Of a stretch of DNA of 64,000 bases, positions 60,811 through 64,000 are shown piece by piece. The DNA lies in NCBI GenBank assembly GCA_963847445.1, contig CAWJZV010000042.1, positions 32,001 through 96,000 of the forward strand, in the 5' to 3' direction. The first letter of the stretch is position 1, and the number at the start of each line of letters is the position of its first letter. Below the pieces are notes generated by a model that was not told the DNA's origin, did no database searches, and saw only the letters and a list, made by a program, of their open reading frames with translations. The translations under genes were made by a program, and so were the position numbers. The stretch comes from an uncultured delta proteobacterium (lineage in GTDB: Bacteria > Desulfobacterota > Binatia > UBA9968).

Positions 60811-60934
60811 GTTCAAGGTTCAAAGGTTCAAGGTTTTCGGATAAGGATCGGAAGATGCCGAAGCTGAAGCTTGTGCCTTGTTCTTTGGTTGTGGCGTGGA
60901 GCGGACTTGAACTTTTGAACCCTTGAACCTTGAA
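60811..60934. repeat. 7/8-mer tandem-arm hairpin (GTTCAAG / CTTGAAC)
   Basis: gttcaaggttcaaaggttcaagg ... ttgaacttttgaacccttgaaccttgaac. Confidence 0.75.
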
Positions 60935-60953
60935 CGAATTCTGGAGGTAACCC

Positions 60954-61463
60954 ATGGCCGACTATCCTTTGACCGCTGCGGCGATCAAGCATGAATTCAA
61001 ACGCGCCGGCATCCATTTTGTCGTGGCCTTGCCGGACCGGGTGACCAGCCACCATTTGTTGAAAGGGTTGCTGGCCGATCCGGACTATAAAGTCGTGCAG
61101 GTCTGCAAAGAGGACGAAGGCGTGTCGATTTGCAGCGGGCTTTACGCCGCCGGCCACAAGTCGGTGTTGATGATGCAGTACACCGGCTTTCTCGATTCGA
61201 TCAATTCGATCCGCGGCATCGCCGTGGAGGGTAAATTCCCCGTGTGCATCGTCGTCGGGCTGCTGGGCAAGGAGCCTGATATCGAGCCAAGCAAGTCGAA
61301 AAAATACGGCGTCAAGATCATCGAACCGATCTGCGATGTCATGGGCATCGAGCACTGTCTGATCGAACGGGACGCCGACACGCCGAAAATCTTTTCGGCC
61401 ATCGAAAAGTCATTCGCCGGCTCGGCGCCGAGCGCGATTCTTATCGGAAGGGAGCCACGCTAA
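60954..61463 (+). CDS. TPP-dependent decarboxylase alpha subunit (sulfopyruvate/phosphonopyruvate decarboxylase-like)
   Basis: VVALPD, CKEDEGVSICSGL..G, MQYTG.L.SIN. Confidence 0.82.
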   Translation: MADYPLTAAAIKHEFKRAGIHFVVALPDRVTSHHLLKGLLADPDYKVVQVCKEDEGVSICSGLYAAGHKSVLMMQYTGFLDSINSIRGIAVEGKFPVCIVVGLLGKEPDIEPSKSKKYGVKIIEPICDVMGIEHCLIERDADTPKIFSAIEKSFAGSAPSAILIGREPR

Positions 61464-61464
61464 C

Positions 61465-62031
61465 ATGATGAAGCGAGATGAGATGCTCAAGGCCTTTGCG
61501 CGCCAGCGCAAGGATGAAATCGTCGTGGCGGTTTACATGGCGGCGCAGGAGATCACCCATATTTCGCCGAGCGAGCTGAACTACACCTTCATCGGCGCCA
61601 TGGGGCAGGGCTCGTCCCATGCGCTGGGCCTGGCGCTGGGCCGGCCCGATAAGAAAGTCGTCGTGTTCGATGGCGACGGCAGTCTGCTGATGAATCTCGG
61701 CTCGCTGGTGACCATCGGTAATCAAGCGCCGAAGAACTACATTCACTGTCTATGTGAGAACGGCTGCTATGAAACCAACGGCTCGGTGCTGACGCCCAAT
61801 TCCGGCAACATCCGCTTTGCCGAATTCGCCAAGACCGCCGGCTACAAGAAGACCTACGAGATCGCCGATCTCGCCGAATGGGAGCAGAAGCTGCCGGAGA
61901 TTCTCAACCAGGAAGGACCGCTGTTCGTGACACTGAAAGTCGAGCCGGGCGAGGCTTACCCGGAGAACTTCCCGCGGCTCTACAGCATCGAACATCGAGA
62001 AAAGTTTCGCCAGACACTGGCCAAGAGTTAA
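61465..62031 (+). CDS. TPP-dependent decarboxylase beta subunit
   Basis: GAMG..SSHALGLAL, DGDGSLLMNLGSL, ENG.YE TPP-binding motif. Confidence 0.88.
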   Translation: MMKRDEMLKAFARQRKDEIVVAVYMAAQEITHISPSELNYTFIGAMGQGSSHALGLALGRPDKKVVVFDGDGSLLMNLGSLVTIGNQAPKNYIHCLCENGCYETNGSVLTPNSGNIRFAEFAKTAGYKKTYEIADLAEWEQKLPEILNQEGPLFVTLKVEPGEAYPENFPRLYSIEHREKFRQTLAKS

Positions 62032-62128
62032 CGCTGCCTTCCCAGTCTAGCGTTGCGGGTCTTGAGTTGAAATCGAGACGCGCGACGCTGGACTTTTTTC
62101 ATGCCTGCCGCCGCGTGATCCATCAACC

Positions 62129-63004
62129 ATGACCTCGGAAGCGACGGCGCAGATTCTCGCGCTCATCACCTCGGTCTTGTACGCCTCGGCGCTGGTGTCG
62201 GCGCGGGCCGGCATGCGCTATTCGACGCCGACCACGGTGACGCTGGTGTCGATCCTGATGCAGAATGCGCTTCTGTGGGCCGCGGTGTTCGCCACCGGCG
62301 GGGTGCATGCCGTGCCGCTCACCGGGATTGTGCTTTTTACCGTGGTCGGGGTTTTTCAGTTGGGTGTGCGCTTGTTCGCCTACACCGGCGTCGAAAAGAT
62401 CGGCGCTTCGCGCAGCAGCGCGTTGCAGTCGGTCAGCCCGCTCTTTAGCGCGACGATCGCGATCGTGGTTCTCGGGGAGCAAACTTCGGCGCTGATCACT
62501 CTCGGCACCTTCCTCGTGGTCCTGGGCATCGTTCTAGTCTCATGGAAGCCGGAACGACAGCTCTCAAGTTTTCGCCGCTGGCATTTGCTGCTGCCTATCG
62601 GCGCGGCCTTTCTGACCGGCATGAATCATCCGATCCGCCGCTACGTTTTGACCATGGCCAACGAGCCGCTGTTTTTCTCCGCGCTCATGGGGCTGGTGTC
62701 GTTCGGCGCGTTTCTAATCTATCTGGCGGCGTCGCCAAGCTCTCAGCGTCTGGTGTGGCACCGCCAGGCGTTGTGGCCGTTTCTCACCACTGGGCTGTTC
62801 GAAACCTTTTCGATCCTCTGCATCATCACCGCCATCAGTCTCGGGCGGGTGGTTATTATCGCGCCGATCGCCGCCAGCTATCCGGTCTGGTCGCTGATCT
62901 TCGCGGCGCTGTTTCTGCGCGATGTCGAAGCGATCAATTGGAAGGTGATCGCCGGCATCGTCAGCGTAGTGGGGGGCAACTTCGCGATTCATTTGGGGCG
63001 ATAA
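62129..63004 (+). CDS. DMT/EamA family transporter
   Basis: About 10 TM segments in two repeats; IGASRS..PLFS..LGE; PIAASYP..LRD.E. Confidence 0.9.
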   Translation: MTSEATAQILALITSVLYASALVSARAGMRYSTPTTVTLVSILMQNALLWAAVFATGGVHAVPLTGIVLFTVVGVFQLGVRLFAYTGVEKIGASRSSALQSVSPLFSATIAIVVLGEQTSALITLGTFLVVLGIVLVSWKPERQLSSFRRWHLLLPIGAAFLTGMNHPIRRYVLTMANEPLFFSALMGLVSFGAFLIYLAASPSSQRLVWHRQALWPFLTTGLFETFSILCIITAISLGRVVIIAPIAASYPVWSLIFAALFLRDVEAINWKVIAGIVSVVGGNFAIHLGR

Positions 63005-63226
63005 TCGTCCGTGAAGAACAGCCGGAAGAAGGTTCACCGCGAAGCGCACGAGAGACCACAGAGATCGGAATCGGAGTATTACCGCAAAGGGCGCAAAAAT
63101 CGCAGAACCTCGTGAACGGACCTGGGGTGAGCTGGGCAACCATGCCCTGTGGTGAAATGACCCTCGATTCTGCTTGTCAGTCGCACGCGCAGCTTGCATA
63201 AGATCGATCGCCGGAGGTACGCTGCC

Positions 63227-63853
63227 ATGAAACTTTACGATATTTCTTTGACTCTTTCGCCGGAGTCGATTCGTTGGGTGACGGCGCAGCCGTTGGAATT
63301 GATCGGGCGCAAGCGTATGAGCCAGGGCGATACCAACAACTCGTCGTCGATCCACACCAGCGTCCATGCCGGCACCCATGTCGATGCGCCGTTTCATTTT
63401 TTGCCTGACGGCATCACCATCGAAGCGTTGCCGCTGGAGACTTTTATCGGCCCGGCGCGGGTGTGCGCCGCCGAGCCGGGCACGCATATCACGGCCGCGG
63501 ACGTAGCCAAGGCGAATCTCCAGGGCGAGACCCGGGTGCTATTCAAGACGCGTAATTCGCAGTTGCTGAAGAAGGGAGTCTACGACGCCAACTTCGCGCC
63601 GTTCTCCGTCGATGGCGCCAAGGCGTTGGTCGATCTCGGCGTGAAATTGGTTGGCTTGGATTATTTGTCGGCGGCAGGCGCCAGCGAGCAAGTGCCGGTG
63701 CACCGGGCGTTTTTGGATCATGGGGTGATACTGCTCGAAGGCGTCGACTTGTCCGATGTGCCGGCGGGACGCTACGAGCTATTTTGCCCGCCGATAAAAC
63801 TTGCCGGTTCCGACGGCGCGCCGTGCCGGGCGGTGCTGCGGGAGCTCGTGTGA
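63227..63853 (+). CDS. Cyclase family protein (kynurenine formamidase-like)
   Basis: HAGTHVDAPFH, VGLDYLS, VH..L...V..LEG, GSDGAPCRA. Confidence 0.92.
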   Translation: MKLYDISLTLSPESIRWVTAQPLELIGRKRMSQGDTNNSSSIHTSVHAGTHVDAPFHFLPDGITIEALPLETFIGPARVCAAEPGTHITAADVAKANLQGETRVLFKTRNSQLLKKGVYDANFAPFSVDGAKALVDLGVKLVGLDYLSAAGASEQVPVHRAFLDHGVILLEGVDLSDVPAGRYELFCPPIKLAGSDGAPCRAVLRELV

Positions 63854-63898
63854 GTAAGTCGCCGGAGAATAATTCACCACGAAGGACACAGCGAGGCG

Positions 63899-64000
63899 GA
63901 GCCGCAACCGAGACTCGGAACATCTCGCGCAAAGCACGCAAAGGGCGCAAAGGTAAGGGAAGCATGTCATTTCGACCGAAGGGAGAAATCTTTCCGATAT
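63899..64000. repeat. Start of a GAGCCGCAACC-family composite repeat (truncated)
   Basis: gagccgcaaccgagactcggaacatctcgcgcaaagcacgcaaagg is near-identical to 53882-53936; followed by the GTCATTTCGACCGAAGGGAGA core. Confidence 0.75.

Overview
GC-rich bacterial chromosome segment. The gene content (many orphan NMT1/SsuA-type and TctC/Bug substrate-binding proteins, repeat-rich intergenic hairpins) resembles Candidatus Binatia / deltaproteobacterial genomes; this taxonomy is an inference. Left to right: (i) the tail of a carrier-protein gene plus a GT1 glycosyltransferase, probably the edge of a biosynthetic cluster; (ii) a ~30 kb uptake/catabolic region with two nitroreductases, hydantoinase/oxoprolinase A and two B subunits, two metal-ligand-degenerate M24-fold proteins, MmgE/PrpD, isochorismatase, thiolase-like + DUF35, amidohydrolase, nine solute-binding proteins and two decayed SBP remnants; (iii) housekeeping-like genes (aminopeptidase, LLM oxidoreductase, htpX, esterase, transglutaminase-ABC exporter, Mut7-C, tRNA-Asn); (iv) the main candidate for an undescribed system, a ~16 kb cassette (42.5-58.5 kb) between a CoxL/XdhA-type molybdoenzyme gene and coxG. 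It encodes an MtrC/OmcA-like decaheme cytochrome lacking a lipobox and MtrAB partners, a DUF1302 beta-barrel, DUF1329, an SLC13/DASS transporter, secreted TPR and hypothetical proteins, USP, an SBP and a sigma54 two-component system. It carries three -24/-12 promoters and a shared tandem 18-bp upstream motif lying exactly 97 bp from two of them; (v) GMC oxidoreductase, a two-subunit TPP decarboxylase, EamA and cyclase genes. Many genes carry frameshifts that are probably long-read consensus errors. All family assignments are by eye from motifs; no database searches were run.
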